Positions 26,201 to 38,500 of a stretch of 64,000 nt of DNA are shown one piece after another. This DNA is from Chromera velia. Lineage: Eukaryota. The translations under genes were made by a program, and so were the position numbers. The notes beneath the pieces are model-generated. The model was not told where the DNA came from and ran no database searches. It was given only the letters and a program-made list of their open reading frames with translations. How positions within the stretch are numbered: the stretch's first letter is position 1; every line of letters begins with the position of its first letter. The stretch covers positions 62,001 to 126,000 of the forward strand of contig JAHBMJ010000421.1 in assembly GCA_018398765.1 (NCBI GenBank), written 5' to 3'.

Positions 26201-29200
26201 TGGTGCTGTGCAAAAGAACAGATCATCAGGTAGTGAGACAGGAGACGGATCATTTGTGGTGCATGGTGCTTAGAGACTTTTCCTTGTCTATTGTGATGAT
26301 AGCTGCCTTCTTTTCTTTAAGAGAAAGCTTGATGGAGCAGGAAGTTCTGCACACAGCTCGATCTTCGCTCAACTTTTTCATCCTTCATTCTCCACCCTCT
26401 CCCTCTTCCCTCTTCTTGTTCTTCTTCATCTTCTTCTTCTTCAGACACTGGCGGGTGCAGGGGATGCAGCCCGAAGCTTTGGGCATGAATTTGTGCGCCG
26501 CCTCCTTCTGACTGCCATGGAGAGGGGGGACGTCGAGAGGGAGAGGGCCTCCGAGATGCTCAACAGTCTCTTCGGTAAGGCGTATTGGTGTGTTCCTCCT
26601 GGGGGGAGGGGTCGGGTGAGAAGGAGAAACTAAGGTGCTTCGTCATGAATTAATTCATGCGATGCCGCTTCTCTCTGCTCTTTGCATGACTGTGTGCCTA
26701 GCTGCTGATTTCTTCAAATGTGCACGCAAACAGGGTCGGGGGGCATGTGGGAGGGAACTCAGGCAAAGGGGCATTTTTTTTTGTTTTTATTTCCTTTTCT
26801 GGTCCCTCCCTACCTCGCTCGGACCTCTCGCCGAATAGGAGCAGCTTTCAGTTGTGGGCTGTGTGTTCATTCGAACATTTACTCGTCCCTTCTGCAGGCA
26901 AGGAGTTCACAGCAGACGACGTACAGCTTGCGTTCGCTCGTATGATAGGTGGGTTTGTGATAGTGGGAGTGAGTGAAGGGGACGGGTGGGAGGACGGAAT
27001 GGCTCTTTGTCTCCTTGTGTGGAGTCGGGAAGGGGGCGGGTGGTGGGGATGAAAGTGAAGAACGAGAGAGATAACGACACTTTTGTTTTCGAAGAGCTTG
27101 AAAGGGCAGCTCTCTCTGTCTCCACACCGGTTCACGTGTGAGATTCTCTCATCTTTCTTTCGGACTTGCACTTACGGTTTGACGGGTCAATCTATCCATC
27201 CATGCATCATTTGACTGTATGTTTACTTGAGTGTCAGAGTCAGAGTGCGTAATAACTGCCTGTCTGCCCGCCTTCAGGGAGCATCGACGACATCAAACTT
27301 GACTGCCCTCGCGTTGCTGAGTTACTCTCCAAGTTCCTTCTTCGTGCCATCGTTGATGAGATCCTCCCTCCAGTCTTCGTCAACGTCCGTCCGTCCGTCT
27401 GCATGGATGGCGCTTTTCTTTTCCTTTCGTTTTTCTTTTTTTTGGGGGGGGGAAATGATCACAGAGTGCCTTTTCTTTCATTGCAAAGAAGAAGAGAGGA
27501 GGGAAATGACAACTGAATGACTGACAGCGCGAGAGCTTCTTTTTTCCTCTTTCCAAACTTCCTGAAACCATCAATTGAGTTCCTCCAGAGTCACACCATC
27601 ATCCCGTTTTTTCTACCTAGCTAGCTAGCTCAGTCTCCGAACGTGCATCCCCCATGTATCCGTGATTCCTTTGCAGGACCTACTGAGGCTGCACACGGGA
27701 GGGGCCACAGGAGTGCAGGTGCTGCGAAAAGTCAAAGTGCGTTCGTCCATCTGTCTGCCTGCCACTTTATGTAGCCTGCAGGGTATCTTCCGTCCCTCCT
27801 TTCTCTTGACTCGTATTACCTTTCTGTCTGTTTATCTCTCTGTCCTTTCGCCTGTCTATTTGTTGGTGTTTGATTAAAGAGTTCGTGGGCCCGTCCTATT
27901 GCGTGAGAAAGATTTACATACTACCTTTTCGAACCCACGAAAAAGAGTTCAGCAAGATTGTTCATGTCTTAGTCTCTTCGTCCCTCTAGCTCACTGTTTT
28001 TTTTTTTTTGGATGAATGCAGAACACAATCCGGAGCTCTGGCAGGTGTCTGTACTCCCGCTACCGGAAGGTTTGTCAGTTTGTTGGGTTTGTGTATGGAC
28101 AAAAGGGGGAGTAATGGAAAGAAGGGAAGAAGAGAACTAAGGGGACGACAGGACAGAATGAACAAGGGCAGGGGTGGCAATTGGACAGTGAACAGAAACG
28201 CATTGACTGAGGAAGAGAGACACAGCTGTCAGTCAGTTTCTGCCCATACGGATAAAGAGAAAGGCAGAAGGTTAGGGGGGCCTCTGGCAGTGCGAAAAAG
28301 GTAACTTTGTACAAGACAGTTCACTCATCAGAGGGTCAGCCCTTCATGATGTGAAGCAAAGGCACAGTTCAGTCGTGCTAGCAAGCGAGTTTCCATCTTT
28401 CGCCCATCTTTCTTTTCTTTTCATTTGTTTTTTTTGCTGTGTGTGTCGCTTTTTCATTTGGTATGTTTCCTCTGTGTGTCGCTTTTTCATTTGGTTTGTT
28501 TGTTGTTGGGTGTCGCTGCAGGTGTGGACAGGGACCGACGAGACTTCAGAGTCTTATATGCTCTTCAAGAGACAGGTCGGGGAGGTCTGGGTTGACGGGG
28601 CGGGAAGGGTTCCCTTTCTGTGCTCTAATCTAAGGATTTAGAGGTGGATGAACATGACGAAGAAAACAATGTGAATGCACCGATCGGCTGCGTCGTTGTG
28701 TGGACGTTGTTCTTTTTTTCGATACGACGACTTCCTTTCCTGTCTGCCTGTCTTTTCGTTTCTCTTGCCAAGGACTTGTCGATTCGCTGTCCCTCTTGTT
28801 CTTTCTGTCTCCCCTGCCTAGCTGGTACATCGATAAATGCAAGAACTAAGACAAGTATGTGCTGATGCCAAAAGCGGCCTGTATGGGAGAGTGAAACAGG
28901 CAGACGGTGTGTCTGTGTATGTGTGTGTGTATGTGTGTATGTGCGTGTGCGTGCGTGGATGTGTGCAGGTCGTCGCGACGATTGGAGAGTTCTGGGACAA
29001 CCGAGACGCGGAGGTAGTCGCCTCAGACCTTCAGGAGATGGAACCCTCACCCGCACAGGTAGGGGGTAGTAGGGGGGGTAGAGAGAGGCGTGTCGAAAGA
29101 ATCCAGAGAGAGTGGCCAGGAAGAGGAGACGGAAGGCAGAGGAAGTCCTCGTCGTACCACCCACCCACCCCAGATCCCAAACCCCCGCACACACAAAAGG

Positions 29201-29268
29201 AGAGAGAGGGACAGAGGGGAAGAAAGGAGAAAGGAAGGAAGAAGGAAGGAATGAAGGAAGGAAGGAAA

Positions 29269-29304
<36 letters not shown>

Positions 29305-30396
29305 GAAAGAAAGAAAGAAAGAGCAAATTTCTCCTGTTTTCTTTCCTCATCCATTTCCCCCTTAACTTTCCGTTTTCTCCCCTTTTCTCTCACCTTCACC
29401 CCTTTTGTCCTCTCGGTTGCTCGTTCCTCTCTCTGTGCAGGCTGCAGAATTTGTCCGCAAGTTGATGCACTTCTCCATGGAGAGAAGCACGAAGGACGAA
29501 GACAGTCAGTGGCGTTGTGGCGTCATTGTTCTCTCTCTCCAATTCCTGGCCGGCCGAATTTCTTCTTCTTCGTGCCGAGGGGTGTGCATGAAAATACCTT
29601 GAGGGGATACAAAGAACAAAATGAGCGGCTTGATAGGGACCCCGCACTCGATTCATTCTGGGTACGTAGGTACGCTGGTTTTACCTTTTTGATTTTTTCT
29701 TTTCTTACGCTCTTGTTCTTCTCTCTCTCTTTTTTCTTTTTTCTGTCTCCTCTCTCTTTTCAGGTGCCTTCGAGTTGATGCGCTGGTTGTATGGAGAGGG
29801 GGAGCTGTGCAGGGAAGACATCGTTGGGGGATTCGACAATTTCTTCAGACACCTTCACGATGTCAGTCAGTCAGTGAGGGAGTGAGTGGGTGAAGCAGGG
29901 CGTCGATCAGTGTGTGAGGTTGGGAAAGAGAGGACGAATCAAGGGGTTTCTCATGCTGCGCGTGCAGAATGAAGGGTGGGTGCAATACAGCAACGGAGCA
30001 GCTGTAAACATCGAAAGTCGGGTCTCGTCTGAATCTGGCAGTCATTTTGTCATCCAGTAACAGAGAGGAAGCGTCTTCCTTTTACACCCTCGCCCTCGAG
30101 CCTGCGCGCGCTCTGACTCCCGGCTGCAAAAGACGTTTGTACAGAAAACCGAAAGGGGAGAAGAATTTGACGTAGACGAATGTACAAATTGCAAGTATGT
30201 TAGGCGGTCGAATCAGGCAGGTGAGAAAATCGTGATTTTCTTCTTTCATGGGAACGCCTGTCCCGTCTTTCTTTTGTCGATCTATCTGCAGATCTCTCTG
30301 GACCTCCCCGATGCCCGAGATAAGGTGATGACCTTTGTCGACTGGGCGAAGGAGGAAGGGATGCTACCCCGACGCTACAAGCCGCCTTCGGCCTAG
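23266..30396 (+). CDS. Programmed cell death 4-like protein with several MA3/MI domains, many exons
   Basis: LDEGDPLYDSED N-terminal motif and repeated MA3 signatures: RLQDVSIDVPDAANLLATFI, IDDIKLDCPRVAELLSKFLLRAIVDEILPP, LHDISLDLPDA. Stop TAG at 30394-30396. Confidence 0.88.
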
Positions 30397-31761
30397 AAGT
30401 TCATGGGAAAAGGGGGAGGGCAGAGGCATGTAGAGTACACAGAAATGAAGGGGAGGGGAAAGATCGATGGCAGCTCTCCATTCAGAGAAAAAGGTGTACC
30501 GGACGAGTTGGTGGCCATACATCCGATTCGGCTGTCGAGCTCTGTTTCTGGGAGGGAAAAGGCACGAACGATAGGGGTGTCCTCCGTGAGGCTAGCTGTG
30601 GCGGGGTGAAACGCGTTGAGTTTTTGCGCTCCAGATGAATTCTATTCCATGTCTATAGTCCTAGATTCTCTTACCCGTGGCAGACCTAAAACCGGTCTGT
30701 TCGTAATCAAATTCCTTTGAGTTTGTCTAAATCAGTGTTTATTATATAGGCCTAGAGACTATGTTTGAATCAGTTTGATTTGATTTATAAGATAGTATGT
30801 AGGGATCAAAATTAAATTAAAGTAGAAATTTAATATCCAGTTGAAGACTCTTAGAGAACTTGGAGAATCCAGTTTTTAATTAAAAGACCCATCATTATCA
30901 AATATTAATCAAATATTATGCCACTTTTTATTTGAAGGATATTAAAAGGACATATTAAACATTCTACTCTAATTCTAGTAAATATTTAAAAAATATATGA
31001 TTGTAGATGTCATTGACAAAAATTTTAAAAAAATACTGAAATGCAGGATCGATCTAGCTATGATCGAGCTGCGTTTCGCTATCTTTTGGTGGTCTTTATT
31101 TGAATTGTCCTTGCGCTCCTAGTATGTTGCGCTCAGAGTGGGTGAACGCTTAATTGGATCTGCCCTTTGACGCTAGGTTTGGCGCAGCTTAGCGGCACGC
31201 CAGCAGCTACCGTATATTTCACCATACTTTACCCACCAGGGTTTCGGGTCCTCCACCTAAACATACAAAGTTTGAAAAAACTTTAGATAAATCCATTCAA
31301 AGAGCCTGCCCAAAAGTGAGGGGGCACTCATGCATTGCAGCCTACAAGAAGCGTGCACTGCCTCAGTCACAGCTCAGGATTCCTCAATCTAACCTAGAGA
31401 GAGAAAAGAGTCGCCAGCCTCCCGGGTGGACGGTCTGATAGGTGCCCTGCAGAAAGAGGAAAGCGACACACATGGACAGAGGGGCATGCAGGGAGACGGA
31501 TAGGCAAATCTTTGAGTTCTTATCACTCCAATAAAAATTTGATGGAAAAGGCTGTTCTATGGACCCCTCTGACCTCAAAGATGTAATCAGCAACTTTGGA
31601 GACCCCCATTTGGTCACTTGAGCTCTGACCCAAGATCTGCCCCTGCCTCGACTTTGCACGATCTCTCCAGCCAGAAAAGAGACGGCAGACAAATGCATGT
31701 ACGGGCGGCCCCGAAAGGCAGTGCGAAAGTGCGCAAAGTATGGGTGAATCTGGTATATGTC

Positions 31762-32169
31762 CTATCGTGGCCCAAACCCTCCGAGGGAATCGGCAAAGAC
31801 GGGCTCTACAGGGAGGGGGAATGCCGCCAGAGTCTCCCGCAGCTTCTCGCTTGCGGGGCCCACAACGACGCAGCGTGCCAATTTAATGAGCGCAAACCAG
31901 CGTTCCAAGAGCTCTTTGTCCCCAGTCTGGAGATGGGCACTCGCCGTGTCCGAGTCCGAAAAGGCCTCTATGTATTCGTACCGGCGGGGCTCCACCTGGT
32001 AGAAGAGATAGAAACGAGCCCCCGGTTTGCGCTCCACGCTCGCAGCCATGCGTGTGGCTGTCTCGCGGAGAGTCGCGCCGTCGTCAACGCCGTCCTGCAC
32101 CTGCAGCGTCATCACAAATGTGATCACGTCATTGTCAGTGGAGGCCCCCCCGGTCTTCTCGTCAGCCAT
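31762..32169 (-). CDS. Antibiotic biosynthesis monooxygenase (ABM)/dimeric alpha-beta barrel-like protein, intronless
   Basis: 135-aa GC-rich ORF with the pattern VERKPGARFYLFY...YIEAFSDSDTASAHL...VVGPASEKLR...GGF. Confidence 0.65.
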   Translation of the reverse strand: MADEKTGGASTDNDVITFVMTLQVQDGVDDGATLRETATRMAASVERKPGARFYLFYQVEPRRYEYIEAFSDSDTASAHLQTGDKELLERWFALIKLARCVVVGPASEKLRETLAAFPLPVEPVFADSLGGFGPR

Positions 32170-34026
32170 GGCTGCAGGGGCTCAACGCAGAAGAGTTCCT
32201 GGTCCCCTGGGGACTCGGAGTTAAGTTATCTCTGATCAGAGGTAGCGCGGATACGGTGATTCGTGAAGTTTCTGTTCCGTCGGGATGTCTTGCCGCTTCC
32301 AGAGTTGCTGACAAGCCTGCAACAGAGGCAGAAACCACAGAAGACACACAAAACGGGGGGCCCAGGAAAAACGATCTGTGTCAAAGGAGGATTCGATGTA
32401 TTGAAACAGATATTAAGGTGTATCCGTGTGGGTGAAGACCGCCTAAGACTGCCTGACAACAATCATAGGGCCCGTCTGGGTCTCGAGCTTCAAGTCGACC
32501 ATCAGCCGCAGTGCACACGTACGGCAGCTGAGACACGGGCACTAGACAGGAGCCAGTGAGCTGAGATGGGCGGGATGGATGTGTGCAAGGAAGCTTAGCA
32601 CGAGCCGCGAAGAACAGAAAAATCAAATCAGAACTGTGTGGAGGGACCGCACGGTGACAACCGCATGGTTCTTTGCAAACACTCACCTCCTCTTCATATG
32701 ACTACGAGGAGCTACAAGATACTTTGAAACGCGAGAACGGAGCTGGAAGAACCGGAAGAGAGAACGACCAGTCCACGCAAGCCCCCGGAGCTCGAACCAG
32801 TTGGAGACGGTTGGAGAATCCGACAGCAAATGCATGCAACTTCCACCCGTACCTTGCTGCTCCTTGCAGCCAAGGTAGTCTGCAGCAATGTCATGCATTG
32901 TATGGGGGGCGGTCTTCTGCAGAGTGAGAAGTGGCACCAACTTGAAGACCAATAGAGGGCGCTTGCAAGTAGTGGGACAACCTCCCAAGCCCACGCGTCC
33001 GTGAAAAACGTGCATGCGTATAAATGCTACAAAGCCGCAACAACAGTTCGGCACATGTATGTCTCTCTCACCTATGAAAGTTTTCGTCCAGTTCCGCGCT
33101 CAGAATAAGGGACAACTTTGTCTGACAGACACTTGCAGGAGTCGGATGGATTTCTGTGTCTGCATGCAAAACCACAATTATTCACGGTTGCTGCAATGTT
33201 TGAGAAGCTAGCAGACTGAAATGCCTCAAGGTTTTTCCTAACTCCGCCAATCCACCACCGGCATCGCTTATAAATGAACATCCTCTCGTCTCTATGGCCT
33301 TTCTCTGCGCCTCTTCTGTGTGATTCTTTATGCTTCTTCAACACATACTGCTGGAATGAGGCTCCAGTGCAGACGTATATACATTTAATTCAATGTAGAG
33401 ACGCGGGTGCAATCATGTAGACGGCCGCGGGACCGCCACTCAGCTATAGGTGACCAGAGAGCTTGCAAAATTGAAGTCTCTTTGTGTCTTCGCGCACGCG
33501 CGCGAAAATGCATGTCTCATTTTTTTTAATTTCAGTGCAATCGTGCCATGCATGCAGTTGTTCTTATATAATTCAATTCGAGAATCAATTGCATGTAAAC
33601 CACGTATACCGTGAGCAATACTCGCCGATTAAGTGACTGTGCATGGACCGTTCAAAAAAGAGTGGTGTACACTGCACACGCAACGAGCACGTGAGCATCG
33701 CAGGTTACAGGTACAATTTTATCCAACTCACACATTCAATCAAAGCGTGAGAGACGTGTCCCACCGATATATACGCGAAAGCCACCGATATACCAGATGT
33801 TCCGACTGTCTTTGTTCCTCTTTGCGCTCTTCGTCTGGGAGACTTCGAGTCGTCAGCTCATGTCGAAGAGGCTCTCGGCGCCTCACAAGTTCAAGTGCAA
33901 GCGAACGGTCATCTACGCCTGCATCACAGACGAACGAACAGAAAACGTTGAGCAGATGGACGCAGCTGGGACGATGTTCAAGACCCACACGTTTGGTGGA
34001 AAGGCGTATAGCAAGTAAAGTCGGAG

Positions 34027-34365
34027 ATGGTGGACGTCGAGATGGGCACAGCTGCCGCGACGCAGGAGGAGAAAGAGAAAGCGGCCGAGGCGCAGCACGG
34101 AAGGGGGAAACTCGATTGCCCTCTGGGGTCGCATTTGCCCATTTCGGGTGTCAAGTCAGAGGTGAAATTCAAATGCACTGAGCCCCTCATGTGCACTTTT
34201 GAGTGCAGCCTCTGGAAGAGGGGTCATGAGAAAAAGTCAAAGATCTCGAACAAAGAGGTGTGGCTGGAAGCTGGGCAAACACAAGAGGAGGCCGGCAGGG
34301 AGTGGTGCAAAAAAACAGGCAAAGGAAGCCTTAAGAAGGTTGTCTCGTGCAAGGCAAAAGAGTAA
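34027..34365 (+). CDS. Small hypothetical Lys/Glu/Cys-rich protein; may be linked to the upstream ORF 33860-34018
   Basis: ATG-initiated 112-aa ORF with coding-like composition, downstream of a CGCG-rich promoter-like tract; no homology recognised. Confidence 0.35.
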   Translation: MVDVEMGTAAATQEEKEKAAEAQHGRGKLDCPLGSHLPISGVKSEVKFKCTEPLMCTFECSLWKRGHEKKSKISNKEVWLEAGQTQEEAGREWCKKTGKGSLKKVVSCKAKE

Positions 34366-35555
34366 AAAAGATCAAAAAGAAAGGGACAAAAACAGAACAC
34401 AAATGCATTTTTGTAGTGAAAACGGAGTCCGACTAGCTCGGAGACAATCCGGCACCACCTCAGTACCGGATTCACTTTCAATACACACGTGCAAGGCCCT
34501 TCGATAGAGTCACGCGTCAGGGAGAAAAGCAAAGCCACAGATGGAGAAATACTAGAGGGCCCGAAAATTGAAATAAAGTTTTGACTGCGCATGAAAGAGG
34601 GTGCAAAAGCGAAAACGTGAAATAAGGAAAGTTTTAGACGGAAAGACAAAAGCTCTGACGGTAACCATACGTGTGCAATACGAAAGGCAACACTCGGTCG
34701 GTTAGACTTGGTTCGAACGGTTTTTTTATGCCACCGGCCCCAACAAGTATTGCAAAACTTTCGGTGGACGCCTTTTTCAAATCAATTACACGAATGTGGT
34801 CAGAGCCCTCTTGGGGTTAAAAGTTATGCAGCTGCGTAGCGGGCTTACCAATTCGCTTTCAAAATTGAATTTCGATGCGGTCAAGAAAAAAAGTTTGAAA
34901 ATTTTTTTTGACATCCAACCTAGGTACCAACTTGAACCATTTTGCAAGCAGCATGCAAATTGCCAGCAATTCGAATCTGTCCTGCAAAATCATCTTTTCG
35001 GGAAAAGTTTAAACAAAGCTACACACCTTGGTATATGGTGTACCCTACTAGTAGCTAGAGCCGGGGCCGGACGGTACCACCCTAAGGGTCCTAGTAGTAG
35101 ATCATAAATCCTAACGATACAAGTTTATTGATATATTAAGTGTCAAACTATAAATTCAAATTACGCCTACATGCACACTGAAACGTAGTCTGAGTAAAAA
35201 AGATTATTAAAAAACGTACGTAAACGATTTTAGAGACGATTTGAATTTGTAATTATAACTAGAATTATAACAATTTACCCGAATGATTTTTGCATTGCCA
35301 CCAAACCCTAGACGCCCATAAAATTAAGGGCTATTAAGGGCCAAATCAGCAGAAGATGTGATGTGGTGTGGAGATTGGACTAGTAATCTTTACGTGCTAG
35401 CTCATAGCGATTGAATGGTAGTTCAAGTCATCCCAAACCGTTGAACCATAACCTTCAACGTTCGTGTTAAATAGTCCACAGATACTTGCGTGCGAGCACT
35501 AACAAGCTATCACGAGCAGACAATGCCGAAGCAAGCGTTATGACCTCAACTCTGG

Positions 35556-38500
35556 TCAGACCTTTCCAGTAAACTTCAGTTGCTTCTCAACTGTCTGGTT
35601 CATCTCCTTGAAGACCTCCCTGAGGGTGTCAGGGAGTGATGCGAAGAGATGCTGCTTCGCGGGACTGTCCAGAACCTCGAGGAGTTGCCCGACGCCCACC
35701 AGAAGGGCCCGCTGCCCCTGTCTCCACAGGGCCGCCTCTGCATGCAGGAATGAATGGATGGAGAAGGCTCTGTCACACACACACGCACAGAGAAAGAGAA
35801 AGAGAGACACACACAGAGAGATGGCGAGAGAACGAGAGAGAAAGAGAGATAGAGGCAGGCAGGCGGGCAGGCAGCCAGAAAGAAAGGGAAAAAAGAAAGG
35901 AAGAAAGAAAGAAAATCGGGGTGCCAGGCAGCGACACGAATTGCTCGGAACGCATGAAATTATCTAGGTGCCGTTGCTGCACTCAGGGAATCAACATGAA
36001 GACACATTTGAAAAGCTCATATCCACGCTAAGTTGACGTGTCAGGACGATTCTACGGAAAGAAAATTCGAAAGACATCCTCACGGACGTTCGGCCTCGTC
36101 GAGGGCCTCCGTCTGTCCCCTCGGCCCCGTTTCTCCGGTCTCGAGGGTGGGGCGTCCGAAGATCATTTCCCGGGACAATTCGCTCTTCGCCTGTACCCCG
36201 TCGGCCACGAGGAAAATGCAGAGACGACGACCGAGCTCTGCTCCACTCTTCAGACTCACGTTTCGTCTCCGTACGCCCCCTTTTCGCTTTTCCGGATCAC
36301 CTTTTCCTGGCTCAAATTCTGCGGCTTCCTTAATTCCTGCCTGCGTCTCTGCGATTGCAGTCCAAAGTCGAGTGACGCTCTGGAGAAGGTTGACCGAGTG
36401 GCTGCACGCACATTCATTCAGAGAAGAAGAAAATAGACGTAGGATGGGAGAAACGCACAGATAAGGACAGGCATCCACTGATTCAGCAGGCCTGTGCAGA
36501 GTCTGAATGCAACATCGATCAGGAGCGCACAGAAGGAAAAAGAAACGTTGGTTGGACCTGTCCTCCCTCACAGTTGATTCTTCTGGCAGATCATTCCTCA
36601 CCCTGCCATCCATCCATCCCAAGAGACATTCCCGACTGACTGAGGGTCCGACATGAGCATCGCAGCCGCCAGGAGTTCCCGAATTGAGGACGTCATCACG
36701 GACCCCCTCCTCACCCACGAGCACCCAAGCTCGCATCGGAGGGCAGCGCCAACTTCTGCATGATGATCGACGGAGGTTATTCAACCAAGTAGGGAGGGAG
36801 GGAATCAAGCACAGACTTGAATTCTTACTCCGTCCATCTTTTTGAAAAGTGGAGTACAACCACTCATGTGGATGTGAGGAGGAGAAAGAACAGGAAAAGC
36901 ATAGCAAAATAATACAGAAAGCGAAGCACAGAAAAAGATAACGGGAAAAAGAATGTTCCACAGCAGATACTAAAAATCCGATGCGGAGTCCCCTGAAGAG
37001 ACTGGATAGCACAGCAAATTGCGCCGCAGCTGATACCATGACTCGTCACTGGACGCATGTACCATGTACACAATGAATACCTGATTTAAGACTGACTGGA
37101 GACAGGCAGGGGGTACAGCAGAGTTGCGAGAAGGAAGTAGCTCTGCACGGTCAGGTGCCTACACAGACCCCTCTCAATGCCCCCCTGCCTTCCCTCTCCC
37201 CTCCCCCCTGCCACTGAAGGACCCCCGACGATAACTGCCGTCTCATGGACAGAGGGGCTGCCACCAGTCCGCCGGCTGTGCACTCTCTGGAGTCTGCATG
37301 GAGCAGCAGACGGAAGGGAAAATGAACAAAAATTGTAGCACATAGGGGACGTCGAGCAGCGGGAAGTAAAAGAAAACAGACATTCACGTAAGTCGACATG
37401 ACACTCAGTCAGAAAGAAAAGCAATCGGAGCGACGAGACTGTACCTAAACAAAGCCTGTATACACGCACTGAAAGTGGATCAACCAAAGTCTCCTTCGAT
37501 GTTCTTCAACCCATTTTGTTCATCTTTCTTTATTTGTGTAAGAGTCAGCCTTCATTTCTTCTTCCTGGAAGCAGAGGAAGACCTCAGGCAGGTCAAAAAA
37601 TCCTTTTCAGTTGGATTGAAAGCATTGTAATGCATTTGGTGTCAGTATTGATTCATCTTTCTTCTTTCTTTCCTTCCCGTAGGAAATCCTTGTGGCAGCT
37701 CTCAGTCTGTGCATGGCTATTTTTCTTTCTACCCAAGAAATCGACAGACGAACCGACCGAATTCTCGCAGCTCTCGCGATGCATTCCGAAACCGTCAGAA
37801 TTCTCTCGACGCTCACGTGCACAAAATGGGGAACTGCACAGACAGGACCAAATTCAGGAGGAAACAATTAAAAAAAATCAACCGCAAGAGCACACCAAGT
37901 TTCTTTTCATGTTTCAAAGAAGCGAGGCGAATAGACGAAACCGAAATTATTGGCAGATAGAAACTGGTTTCTTCGTTCTTTCCTCGCCTACCTCCTGCCT
38001 CCCCCCCATACCGCCCTCCCACTTTCTGTCTTACCTGCCCTCCCAAGTCACTTTTTGCCTCCTTTTCTCAAAAAGCTGCAGACATCTACCCGCAACTGCT
38101 TTGTTCTGTTTACACATTTCCTCCGGTGAAGCAGGCATGGCCACAAGCAGGCCGACTGACCGACTGACCTTGTGTCCTCGACACCAAAAGGCCTCTACAG
38201 AGACTCCACAAACATACGCCCAGATCTGCCGCAAGAACAGCCTCCACGGCGCCCTCTCCCCCAAGAGACTCCAGATTGCTTCCACTGCAAACAAAGGCAA
38301 AGGCTTCATCCACCAGCCTCTCCAACATTCCCGCAACACAAAGAGCCTCCTCATGGCTCTTCCGTTTCGCCTCTACAGCCGCATCGTCGAGATCCATCCT
38401 GTCACTCTGGCCACCCCCTTTCTTCCCAGAGGAAGAGGAAGAGGAGGACAGAGAGGGAAGGGCTGAGTACCGTTGCAAGGCAGACGCAGCCTTTCGTAGA

